Of a DNA stretch of 64,000 nucleotides, positions 40,701 through 52,700 are shown one piece after another. The stretch comes from Nemertoderma westbladi (Eukaryota; Animalia; Xenacoelomorpha). Numbering within the stretch: the first letter of the stretch is position 1; the number at the start of each line of letters is the position of its first letter. The DNA lies in contig JAUCBJ010006887.1 in NCBI GenBank assembly GCA_032718475.1, forward strand, positions 1 to 64,000, given 5' to 3'. The notes under the pieces were generated by a model that had not been told where the DNA came from, ran no database searches, and worked only from the letters and a program-made list of their open reading frames with translations. The translations under genes were made by a program, and so were the position numbers.

Positions 40701-43700
40701 TCCTAAAGTATCCCGCAGATTTTTACAGTAAGTATCCCGCAGATTTTTACAGTAAGTATCCCGCTGTCGAGCGGGCTCCTAAAGTATCCTGCAGATTTTT
40801 ACAGTAAGTATCCCGCAGATTTTTACAGTAAGTATCCTGCAGATTTTTACAGTAAGTATCCCGCAGATTTTTACAGTAAGTAACCTGCTGTCGAGCGGGC
40901 TCCTAAAGTATCCTGCAGATTTTTACAGTAAGTATCCCGCTGTCGAGCGGGCTCCTAAAGTATCCTGCAGATTTTTACAGTAAGTATCCCGCTGTCGAGC
41001 GGGCTCCTAAAGTATCCCGCAGATTTTTACAGTAAGTATCCCGCAGATTTTTACAGTAAGTATCCCGCTGTCGAGCGGGCTCCTAAAGTATCCTGCAGAT
41101 TTTTACAGTAAGTATCCCGCAGATTTTTACAGTAAGTATCCTGCAGATTTTTACAGTAAGTATCCCGCAGATTTTTACAGTAAGTATCCCGCTGTCGAGC
41201 GGGCTCCTAAAGTATCCTGCAGATTTTTACAGTAAGTATCCCGCAGATTTTTACAGTAAGTATCCTGCAGATTTTTACAGTAAGTATCCCGCAGATTTTT
41301 ACAGTAAGTAACCTGCTGTCGAGCGGGCTCCTAAAGTAACCTGCAGATTTTTACAGTAAGTATCCCGCAGATTTTTACAGTAAGTAACCTGCTGTCGAGC
41401 GGGCTCCTAAAGTAACCTGCAGATTTTTACAGTAAGTATCCCGCAGATTTTTACAGTAAGTATCCCGCAGATTTTTACAGTAAGTAACCTGCTGTCGAGC
41501 GGGGTCCTAAAGTATCCTGCAGATTTTTACAGTAAGTATCCCGCAGATTTTTACAGTAAGTATCCCGCTGTCGAGCGGGCTCCTAAAGTATCCTGCAGAT
41601 TTTTACAGTAAGTATCCCGCTGTCGAGCGGGCTCCTAAAGTATCCTGCAGATTTTTACAGTAAGTATCCCGCAGATTTTTACAGTAAGTATCCCGCTGTC
41701 GAGCGGGCTCCTAAAGTAACCTGCAGATTTTTACAGTAAGTATCCCGCTGTCGAGCGGGCTCCTAAAGTAACCTGCAGATTTTTACAGTAAGTATCCCGC
41801 TGTCGAGCGGGCTCCTAAAGTATCCTGCAGATTTTTACAGTAAGTATCCCGCAGATTTTTACAGTAAGTATCCCGCTGTCGAGCGGGCTCCTAAAGTATC
41901 CTGCAGATTTTTACAGTAAGTATCCCGCAGATTTTTACAGTAAGTATCCCGCAGATTTTTACAGTAAGTAACCTGCTGTCGAGCGGGCTCCTAAAGTAAC
42001 CTGCAGATTTTTACAGTAAGTATCCCGCAGATTTTTACAGTAAGTATCCCGCTGTCGAGCGGGCTCCTAAAGTATCCTGCAGATTTTTACAGTAAGTATC
42101 CTGCAGATTTTTACAGTAAGTATCCCGCTGTCGAGCGGGCTCCTAAAGTAACCTGCAGATTTTTACAGTAAGTATCCCGCAGATTTTTACAGTAAGTATC
42201 CCGCTGTCGAGCGGGCTCCTAAAGTAACCTGCAGATTTTTACAGTAAGTATCCCGCAGATTTTTACAGTAAGTATCCCGCTGTCGAGCGGGTTCCTAAAG
42301 TAACCTGCAGATTTTTACAGTAAGTATCCCGCAGATTTTTACAGTAAGTATCCCGCTGTCGAGCGGGCTCCTAAAGTAACCTGCAGATTTTTACAGTAAG
42401 TATCCCGCAGATTTTTACAGTAAGTATCCCGCTGTCGAGCGGGCTCCTAAAGTAACCTGCAGATTTTTACAGTAAGTATCCCGCAGATTTTTACAGTAAG
42501 TATCCCGCTGTCGAGCGGGTTCCTAAAGTAACCTGCAGATTTTTACAGTAAGTATCCCGCAGATTTTTACAGTAAGTATCCCGCTGTCGAGCGGGTTCCT
42601 AAAGTAACCTGCAGATTTTTACAGTAAGTATCCCGCTGTCGAGCGGGCTCCTAAAGTATCCTGCAGATTTTTACAGTAAGTATCCCGCTGTCGAGCGGGC
42701 TCCTAAAGTATCCTGCAGATTTTTACAGTAAGTATCCCGCTGTCGAGCGGGCTCCTAAAGTATCCCGCAGATTTTTACAGTAAGTATCCCGCAGATTTTT
42801 ACAGTAAGTATCCCGCAGATTTTTACAGTAAGTATCCTGCAGATTTTTACAGTAAGTATCCTGCAGATTTTTACAGTAAGTATCCTGCAGATTTTTACAG
42901 TAAGTATCCTGCAGATTTTTACAGTAAGTATCCTGCAGATTTTTACAGTAAGTATCCCGCAGATTTTTACAGTAAGTATCCTGCAGATTTTTACAGTAAG
43001 TATCCTGCAGATTTTTACAGTAAGTATCCTGCAGATTTTTACAGTAAGTATCCTGCAGATTTTTACAGTAAGTATCCTGCAGATTTTTACAGTAAGTATC
43101 CCGCAGATTTTTACAGTAAGTATCCTGCAGATTTTTACAGTAAGTATCCCGCTGTCGAGCGGGCTCCTAAAGTATCCCGCAGATTTTTACAGTAAGTATC
43201 CTGCAGATTTTTACAGTAAGTATCCCGCTGTCGAGCGGGCTCCTAAAGTATCCCGCAGATTTTTACAGTAAGTATCCCGCTGTCGAGCGGGCTCCTAAAG
43301 TATCCCGCAGATTTTTACAGTAAGTATCCCGCTGTCGAGCGGGCTCCTAAAGTATCCCGCAGATTTTTACAGTAAGTATCCTGCAGATTTTTACAGTAAG
43401 TATCCTGCAGATTTTTACAGTAAGTATCCTGCAGATTTTTACAGTAAGTATCCCGCAGATTTTTACAGTAAGTATCCTGCAGATTTTTACAGTAAGTATC
43501 CCGCTGTCGAGCGGGCTCCTAAAGTATCCCGCAGATTTTTACAGTAAGTATCCTGCAGATTTTTACAGTAAGTATCCCGCAGATTTTTACAGTAAGTATC
43601 CTGCAGATTTTTACAGTAAGTATCCTGCAGATTTTTACAGTAAGTATCCTGCAGATTTTTACAGTAAGTATCCTGCAGATTTTTACAGTAAGTATCCCGC

Positions 43701-46700
43701 AGATTTTTACAGTAAGTATCCTGCAGATTTTTACAGTAAGTATCCCGCTGTCGAGCGGGCTCCTAAAGTATCCCGCAGATTTTTACAGTAAGTATCCTGC
43801 AGATTTTTACAGTAAGTATCCCGCAGATTTTTACAGTAAGTATCCTGCAGATTTTTACAGTAAGTATCCTGCAGATTTTTACAGTAAGTATCCTGCAGAT
43901 TTTTACAGTAAGTATCCTGCAGATTTTTACAGTAAGTATCCTGCAGATTTTTACAGTAAGTATCCTGCAGATTTTTACAGTAAGTATCCTGCAGATTTTT
44001 ACAGTAAGTATCCTGCAGATTTTTACAGTAAGTATCCTGCAGATTTTTACAGTAAGTATCCTGCAGATTTTTACAGTAAGTATCCTGCAGATTTTTACAG
44101 TAAGTATCCTGCAGATTTTTACAGTAAGTATCCTGCAGATTTTTACAGTAAGTATCCTGCAGATTTTTACAGTAAGTATCCCGCAGATTTTTACAGTAAG
44201 TATCCCGCTGTCGAGCGGGCTCCTAAAGTAACCTGCAGATTTTTACAGTAAGTATCCCGCTGTCGAGCGGGCTCCTAAAGTATCCTGCAGATTTTTACAG
44301 TAAGTATCCCGCTGTCGAGCGGGCTCCTAAAGTATCCCGCAGATTTTTACAGTAAGTATCCCGCAGATTTTTACAGTAAGTATCCTGCAGATTTTTACAG
44401 TAAGTATCCTGCAGATTTTTACAGTAAGTATCCCGCTGTCGAGCGGGCTCCTAAAGTATCCTGCAGATTTTTACAGTAAGTATCCCGCTGTCGAGCGGGC
44501 TCCTAAAGTATCCTGCAGATTTTTACAGTAAGTATCCCGCTGTCGAGCGGGCTCCTAAAGTATCCTGCAGATTTTTACAGTAAGTATCCCGCTGTCGAGC
44601 GGGCTCCTAAAGTATCCCGCAGATTTTTACAGTAAGTATCCCGCAGATTTTTACAGTAAGTATCCTGCAGATTTTTACAGTAAGTATCCTGCAGATTTTT
44701 ACAGTAAGTATCCTGCAGATTTTTACAGTAAGTATCCTGCAGATTTTTACAGTAAGTATCCTGCAGATTTTTACAGTAAGTATCCTGCAGATTTTTACAG
44801 TAAGTATCCTGCAGATTTTTACAGTAAGTATCCTGCAGATTTTTACAGTAAGTATCCTGCAGATTTTTACAGTAAGTATCCTGCAGATTTTTACAGTAAG
44901 TATCCCGCTGTCGAGCGGGCTCCTAAAGTATCCTGCAGATTTTTACAGTAAGTATCCCGCTGTCGAGCGGGCTCCTAAAGTATCCTGCAGATTTTTACAG
45001 TAAGTATCCTGCAGATTTTTACAGTAAGTATCCTGCAGATTTTTACAGTAAGTATCCTGCAGATTTTTACAGTAAGTATCCTGCAGATTTTTACAGTAAG
45101 TATCCTGCAGATTTTTACAGTAAGTATCCCGCTGTCGAGCGGGCTCCTAAAGTATCCTGCAGATTTTTACAGTAAGTATCCCGCTGTCGAGCGGGCTCCT
45201 AAAGTATCCTGCAGATTTTTACAGTAAGTATCCTGCAGATTTTTACAGTAAGTATCCTGCAGATTTTTACAGTAAGTATCCTGCAGATTTTTACAGTAAG
45301 TATCCCGCTGTCGAGCGGGCTCCTAAAGTATCCTGCAGATTTTTACAGTAAGTATCCTGCAGATTTTTACAGTAAGTATCCTGCAGATTGTTACAGTAAG
45401 TATCCGCAGATTTTTACAGTAAGTATCCTGCAGATTTTTACAGTAAGTATCCTGCAGATTTTTACAGTAAGTATCCTGCAGATTTTTACAGTAAGTATCC
45501 TGCAGATTTTTACAGTAAGTATCCTGCAGATTTTTACAGTAAGTATCCCGCTGTCGAGCGGGCTCCTAAAGTATCCCGCAGATTTTTACAGTAAGTATCC
45601 GCTGTCGAGCGGGCTACCGTAAAGTATCCTGCAGATTTTTACAGTAAGTATCCCGCTGTCGAGCGGGCTCCTAAAGTATCCTGCAGATTTTTACAGTAAG
45701 TATCCCGCTGTCGAGCGGGCTCCTAAAGTATCCTGCAGATTTTTACAGTAAGTATCCGCTGTCGAGCGGGCTCCTAAAGTATCCTGCAGATTTTTACAGT
45801 AAGTATCCTGCAGATTTTTACAGTAAGTATCCTGCAGATTTTTACAGTAAGTATCCTGCAGATTTTTACAGTAAGTATCCGCTGTCGACGTAAGTATCCT
45901 GCAGATTTTTACAGTAAGTATCCCGCTGTCGAGCGGGCTCCTAAAGTATCCTGCAGATTTTTACAGTAAGTATCCCGCTGTCGAGCGGGCTCCTAAAGTA
46001 TCCTGCAGATTTTTACAGTAAGTATCCCGCTGTCGAGCGGGCTCCTAAAGTATCCTGCAGATTTTTACAGTAAGTATCCCGCTGTCGAGCGGGCTCCTAA
46101 AGTATCCTGCAGATTTTTACAGTAAGTATCCCGCTGTCGAGCGGGCTCCTAAAGTATCCTGCAGATTTTTACAGTAAGTATCCCGCTGTCGAGCGGGCTC
46201 CTAAAGTATCCTGCAGATTTTTACAGTAAGTATCCCGCTGTCGAGCGGGCTCCTAAAGTATCCTGCAGATTTTTACAGTAAGTATCCCGCAGATTTTTAC
46301 AGTAAGTATCCCGCTGTCGAGCGGGCTCCTAAAGTAACCTGCAGATTTTTACAGTAAGTATCCTGCGATGTCGTAAGTATCCTGCAGATTTTTACAGTAA
46401 GTATCCTGCAGATTTTTACAGTAAGTATCCTGCTGATTTTTACAGTAAGTATCCTGCAGATTTTTACAGTAAGTATCCCGCTGTCGAGCGGGCTCCTAAA
46501 GTATCCTGCAGATTTTTACAGTAAGTATCCCGCTGTCGAGCGGGCTCCTAAAGTATCCTGCAGATTTTTACAGTAAGTATCCCGCTGTCGAGCGGGCTCC
46601 TAAAGTATCCTGCAGATTTTTACAGTAAGTATCCCGCTGTCGAGCGGGCTCCTAAAGTATCCTGCAGATTTTTACAGTAAGTATCCCGCTGTCGAGCGGG

Positions 46701-49700
46701 CTCCTAAAGTATCCTGCAGATTTTTACAGTAAGTATCCCGCTGTCGAGCGGGCTCCTAAAGTATCCTGCAGATTTTTACAGTAAGTATCCCGCTGTCGAG
46801 CGGGCTCCTAAAGTATCCTGCAGATTTTTACAGTAAGTATCCTGCAGATTTTTACAGTAAGTAACCTGCAGATTTTTACAGTAAGTAACCTGCTGTCGAG
46901 CGGGCTCCTAAAGTATCCTGCAGATTTTTACAGTAAGTATCCGCTGTCGAGCGGGCTCCTAAAGTATCCTGCAGATTTTTACAGTAAGTATCCTGCAGAT
47001 TTTTACAGTAAGTATCCCGCTGTCGATCGGGCTCCTAAAGTATCCTGCAGATTTTTACAGTAAGTATCCCGCTGTCGAGCGGGCTCCTAAAGTATCCTGC
47101 AGATTTTTACAGTAAGTATCCCGCTGTCGAGCGGGCTCCTAAAGTATCCTGCAGATTTTTACAGTAAGTATCCTGCAGATTTTTACAGTAAGTATCCGCT
47201 GTCGAGCGGGCTCCTAAAGTATCCTGCAGATTTTTACAGTAAGTATCCGCTGTCGAGCGGGCTCCTAAAGTATCCTGCAGATTTTTACAGTAAGTATCCT
47301 GCAGATTTTTACAGTAAGTATCCTGCAGATTTTTACAGTAAGTATCCTGCAGATTTTTACAGTAAGTATCCCGCTGTCGAGCGGGGTCCTAAAGTATCCT
47401 GCAGATTTTTACAGTAAGTATCCTGCAGATTTTTACAGTATAAGTATCCCGCAGATTTTTACAGTAAGTATCCCGCTGTCGAGCGGGCTCCTAAAGTATC
47501 CTGCAGATTTTTACAGTAAGTATCCTGCAGATTTTTACAGTAAGTATCCCGCTGTCGAGCGGGCTCCTAAAGTATCCCGCAGATTTTTACAGTAAGTATC
47601 CGCTGTCGAGCGGGCTCCTAAAGTATCCTGCAGATTTTTACAGTAAGTATCCTGCAGATTTTTACAGTAAGTATCCTGCAGATTTTTACAGTAAGTATCC
47701 TGCAGATTTTTACAGTAAGTATCCGCTGTCGAGCGTGCTCCTAAAGTATCCTGCAGATTTTTACAGTAAGTATCCGCTGTCGAGCGGGCTCCTAAAGTAT
47801 CCTGCAGATTTTTACAGTAAGTATCCCGCAGATTTTTACAGTAAGTATCCCGCTGTCGAGCGGGCTCCTAAAGTAACCTGCAGATTTTTACAGTAAGTAT
47901 CCGCTGTCGAGCGGGCTCCTAAAGTATCCTGCAGATTTTTACAGTAAGTATCCCGCTGTCGAGCGGGCTCCTAAAGTATCCTGCAGATTTTTACAGTAAG
48001 TATCCCGCTGTCGAGCGGGCTCCTAAAGTATCCTGCAGATTTTTACAGTAAGTATCCCGCTGTCGAGCGGGCTCCTAAAGTATCCTGCAGATTTTTACAG
48101 TAAGTATCCCGCTGTCGAGCGGGCTCCTAAAGTATCCTGCAGATTTTTACAGTAAGTATCCCGCTGTCGAGCGGGCTCCTAAAGTATCCTGCAGATTTTT
48201 ACAGTAAGTATCCCGCTGTCGAGCGGGCTCCTAAAGTAACCTGCAGATTTTTACAGTAAGTATCCGCTGTCGAGCGGGCTCCTAAAGTATCCTGCAGATT
48301 TTTACAGTAAGTATCCCGCTGTCGAGCGGGCTCCTAAAGTATCCTGCAGATTTTTACAGTAAGTATCCCGCTGTCGAGCGGGCTCCTAAAGTAACCTGCA
48401 GATTTTTACAGTAAGTATCCGCTGTCGAGCGGGCTCCTAAAGTATCCTGCAGATTTTTACAGTAAGTATCCCGCAGATTTTTACAGTAAGTATCCACTGT
48501 CGAGCGGGCTCCTAAAGTAACCTGCAGATTTTTACAGTAAGTATCCCGCTGTCGAGCGGGCTCCTAAAGTATCCTGCAGATTTTTACAGTAAGTATCCGC
48601 TGTCGAGCGGGCTCCTAAAGTATCCTGCAGATTTTTACAGTAAGTATCCCGCTGTCGAGCGGGCTCCTAAAGTATCCTGCAGATTTTTACAGTAAGTATC
48701 CCGCTGTCGAGCGGGCTCCTAAAGTAACCTGCAGATTTTTACAGTAAGTATCCTGCAGATTTTACAGTAAGTATCCCTGTCGAGCGGGCTCCTAAAGTAA
48801 CCTGCAGATTTTTACAGTAAGTATCCCGCTGTCGAGCGGGCTCCTAAAGTAACCTGCAGATTTTTACAGTAAGTATCCGCTGTCGAGCGGGCTCCTAAAG
48901 TAACCCGCAGATTTTTACAGTAAGTATCCTGCAGATTTTTACAGTAAGTATCCACTGTCGAGCGGGCTCCTAAAGTAACCTGCAGATTTTTACAGTAAGT
49001 ATCCCGCTGTCGAGCGGGCTCCTAAAGTAACCTGCAGATTTTTACAGTAAGTATCCCGCTGTCGAGCGGGCTCCTAAAGTATCCTGCAGATTTTTACAGT
49101 AAGTATCCCGCAGATTTTTACAGTAAGTATCCACTGTCGAGCGGGCTCCTAAAGTAACCTGCAGATTTTTACAGTAAGTATCCACTGTCGAGCGGGCTCC
49201 TAAAGTAACCTGCAGATTTTTACAGTAAGTATCCGCTGTCGAGCGGGCTCCTAAAGTATCCTGCAGATTTTTACAGTAAGTATCCCGCTGTCGAGCGGGC
49301 TCCTAAAGTATCCTGCAGATTTTTACAGTAAGTATCCCGCTGTCGAGCGGGCTCCTAAAGTATCCTGCAGATTTTTACAGTAAGTATCCCGCTGTCGAGC
49401 GGGCTCCTAAAGTATCCTGCAGATTTTTACAGTAAGTATCCGCTGTCGAGCGGGCTCCTAAAGTATCCTGCAGATTTTTACAGTAAGTATCCCGCTGTCG
49501 AGCGGGCTCCTAAAGTATCCTGCAGATTTTTACAGTAAGTATCCGCTGTCGAGCGGGCTCCTAAAGTATCCTGCAGATTTTTACAGTAAGTATCCCGCTG
49601 TCGAGCGGGCTCCTAAAGTATCCTGCAGATTTTTACAGTAAGTATCCCGCTGTCGAGCGGGCTCCTAAAGTAACCCGCAGATTTTTACAGTAAGTATCCA

Positions 49701-52700
49701 CTGTCGAGCGGGCTCCTAAAGTAACCTGCAGATTTTTACAGTAAGTATCCTCTGTCGAGCGGGCTCCTAAAGTATCCTGCAGATTTTTACAGTAAGTATC
49801 CCGCAGATTTTTACAGTAAGTATCCGCTGTCGAGCGGGCTCCTAAAGTATCCTGCAGATTTTTACAGTAAGTATCCCGCTGTCGAGCGGGCTCCTAAAGT
49901 ATCCTGCAGATTTTTACAGTAAGTATCCCGCTGTCGAGCGGGCTCCTAAAGTATCCTGCAGATTTTTACAGTAAGTATCCCGCAGATTTTTACAGTAAGT
50001 ATCCGCTGTCGAGCGGGCTCCTAAAGTAACCTGCAGATTTTTACAGTAAGTATCCGCTGTCGAGCGGGCTCCTAAAGTATCCTGCAGATTTTTACAGTAA
50101 GTATCCCGCTGTCGAGCGGGCTCCTAAAGTATCCTGCAGATTTTTACAGTAAGTATCCCGCTGTCGAGCGGGCTCCTAAAGTAACCTGCAGATTTTTACA
50201 GTAAGTATCCGCTGTCGAGCGGGCTCCTAAAGTATCCTGCAGATTTTTACAGTAAGTATCCCGCTGTCGAGCGGGCTCCTAAAGTATCCTGCAGATTTTT
50301 ACAGTAAGTATCCCGCTGTCGAGCGGGCTCCTAAAGTATCCTGCAGATTTTTACAGTAAGTATCCCGCTGTCGAGCGGGCTCCTAAAGTAACCCGCAGAT
50401 TTTTACAGTAAGTATCCACTGTCGAGCGGGCTCCTAAAGTAACCTGCAGATTTTTACAGTAAGTATCCCGCTGTCGAGCGGGCTCCTAAAGTATCCTGCA
50501 GATTTTTACAGTAAGTATCCACTGTCGAGCGGGCTCCTAAAGTATCCCGCAGATTTTTACAGTAAGTATCCACTGTCGAGCGGGCTCCTAAAGTAACCTG
50601 CAGATTTTTACAGTAAGTATCCCGCTGTCGAGCGGGCTCCTAAAGTATCCTGCAGATTTTTACAGTAAGTATCCCGCAGATTTTTACAGTAAGTATCCGC
50701 TGTCGAGCGGGCTCCTAAAGTAACCTGCAGATTTTTACAGTAAGTATCCGCTGTCGAGCGGGCTCCTAAAGTATCCTGCAGATTTTTACAGTAAGTATCC
50801 CGCTGTCGAGCGGGCTCCTAAAGTATCCTGCAGATTTTTACAGTAAGTATCCCGCTGTCGAGCGGGCTCCTAAAGTAACCTGCAGATTTTTACAGTAAGT
50901 ATCCGCTGTCGAGCGGGCTCCTAAAGTATCCTGCAGATTTTTACAGTAAGTATCCACTGTCGAGCGGGCTCCTAAAGTAACCTGCAGATTTTTACAGTAA
51001 GTATCCTCTGTCGAGCGGGCTCCTAAAGTATCCTGCAGATTTTTACAGTAAGTATCCCGCAGATTTTTACAGTAAGTATCCACTGTCGAGCGGGCTCCTA
51101 AAGTAACCTGCAGATTTTTACAGTAAGTATCCGCTGTCGAGCGGGCTCCTAAAGTATCCTGCAGATTTTTACAGTAAGTATCCCGCTGTCGAGCGGGCTC
51201 CTAAAGTATCCTGCAGATTTTTACAGTAAGTATCCCGCAGATTTTTACAGTAAGTATCCGCTGTCGAGCGGGCTCCTAAAGTAACCTGCAGATTTTTACA
51301 GTAAGTATCCGCTGTCGAGCGGGCTCCTAAAGTATCCTGCAGATTTTTACAGTAAGTATCCCGCTGTCGAGCGGGCTCCTAAAGTATCCTGCAGATTTTT
51401 ACAGTAAGTATCCCGCTGTCGAGCGGGCTCCTAAAGTAACCTGCAGATTTTTACAGTAAGTATCCGCTGTCGAGCGGGCTCCTAAAGTATCCTGCAGATT
51501 TTTACAGTAAGTATCCCGCTGTCGAGCGGGCTCCTAAAGTATCCTGCAGATTTTTACAGTAAGTATCCCGCTGTCGAGCGGGCTCCTAAAGTATCCTGCA
51601 GATTTTTACAGTAAGTATCCCGCTGTCGAGCGGGCTCCTAAAGTATCCTGCAGATTTTTACAGTAAGTATCCCGCTGTCGAGCGGGCTCCTAAAGTATCC
51701 CGCAGATTTTTACAGTAAGTATCCACTGTCGAGCGGGCTCCTAAAGTAACCTGCAGATTTTTACAGTAAGTATCCGCTGTCGAGCGGGCTCCTAAAGTAT
51801 CCTGCAGATTTTTACAGTAAGTATCCCGCTGTCGAGCGGGCTCCTAAAGTATCCTGCAGATTTTTACAGTAAGTATCCCGCTGTCGAGCGGGCTCCTAAA
51901 GTATCCTGCAGATTTTTACAGTAAGTATCCCGCTGTCGAGCGGGCTCCTAAAGTATCCCGCAGATTTTTACAGTAAGTATCCACTGTCGAGCGGGCTCCT
52001 AAAGTAACCTGCAGATTTTTACAGTAAGTATCCGCTGTCGAGCGGGCTCCTAAAGTATCCTGCAGATTTTTACAGTAAGTATCCCGCTGTCGAGCGGGCT
52101 CCTAAAGTATCCTGCAGATTTTTACAGTAAGTATCCCGCAGATTTTTACAGTAAGTATCCGCTGTCGAGCGGGCTCCTAAAGTAACCTGCAGATTTTTAC
52201 AGTAAGTATCCGCTGTCGAGCGGGCTCCTAAAGTATCCTGCAGATTTTTACAGTAAGTATCCCGCTGTCGAGCGGGCTCCTAAAGTATCCCGCAGATTTT
52301 TACAGTAAGTATCCGCTGTCGAGCGGGCTCCTAAAGTATCCTGCAGATTTTTACAGTAAGTATCCCGCTGTCGAGCGGGCTCCTAAAGTATCCTGCAGAT
52401 TTTTACAGTAAGTATCCCGCAGATTTTTACAGTAAGTATCCGCTGTCGAGCGGGCTCCTAAAGTAACCTGCAGATTTTTACAGTAAGTATCCGCTGTCGA
52501 GCGGGCTCCTAAAGTATCCTGCAGATTTTTACAGTAAGTATCCCGCTGTCGAGCGGGCTCCTAAAGTATCCCGCAGATTTTTACAGTAAGTATCCCGCTG
52601 TCGAGCGGGCTCCTAAAGTAACCTGCAGATTTTTACAGTAAGTATCCGCTGTCGAGCGGGCTCCTAAAGTAACCTGCAGATTTTTACAGTAAGTATCCTG

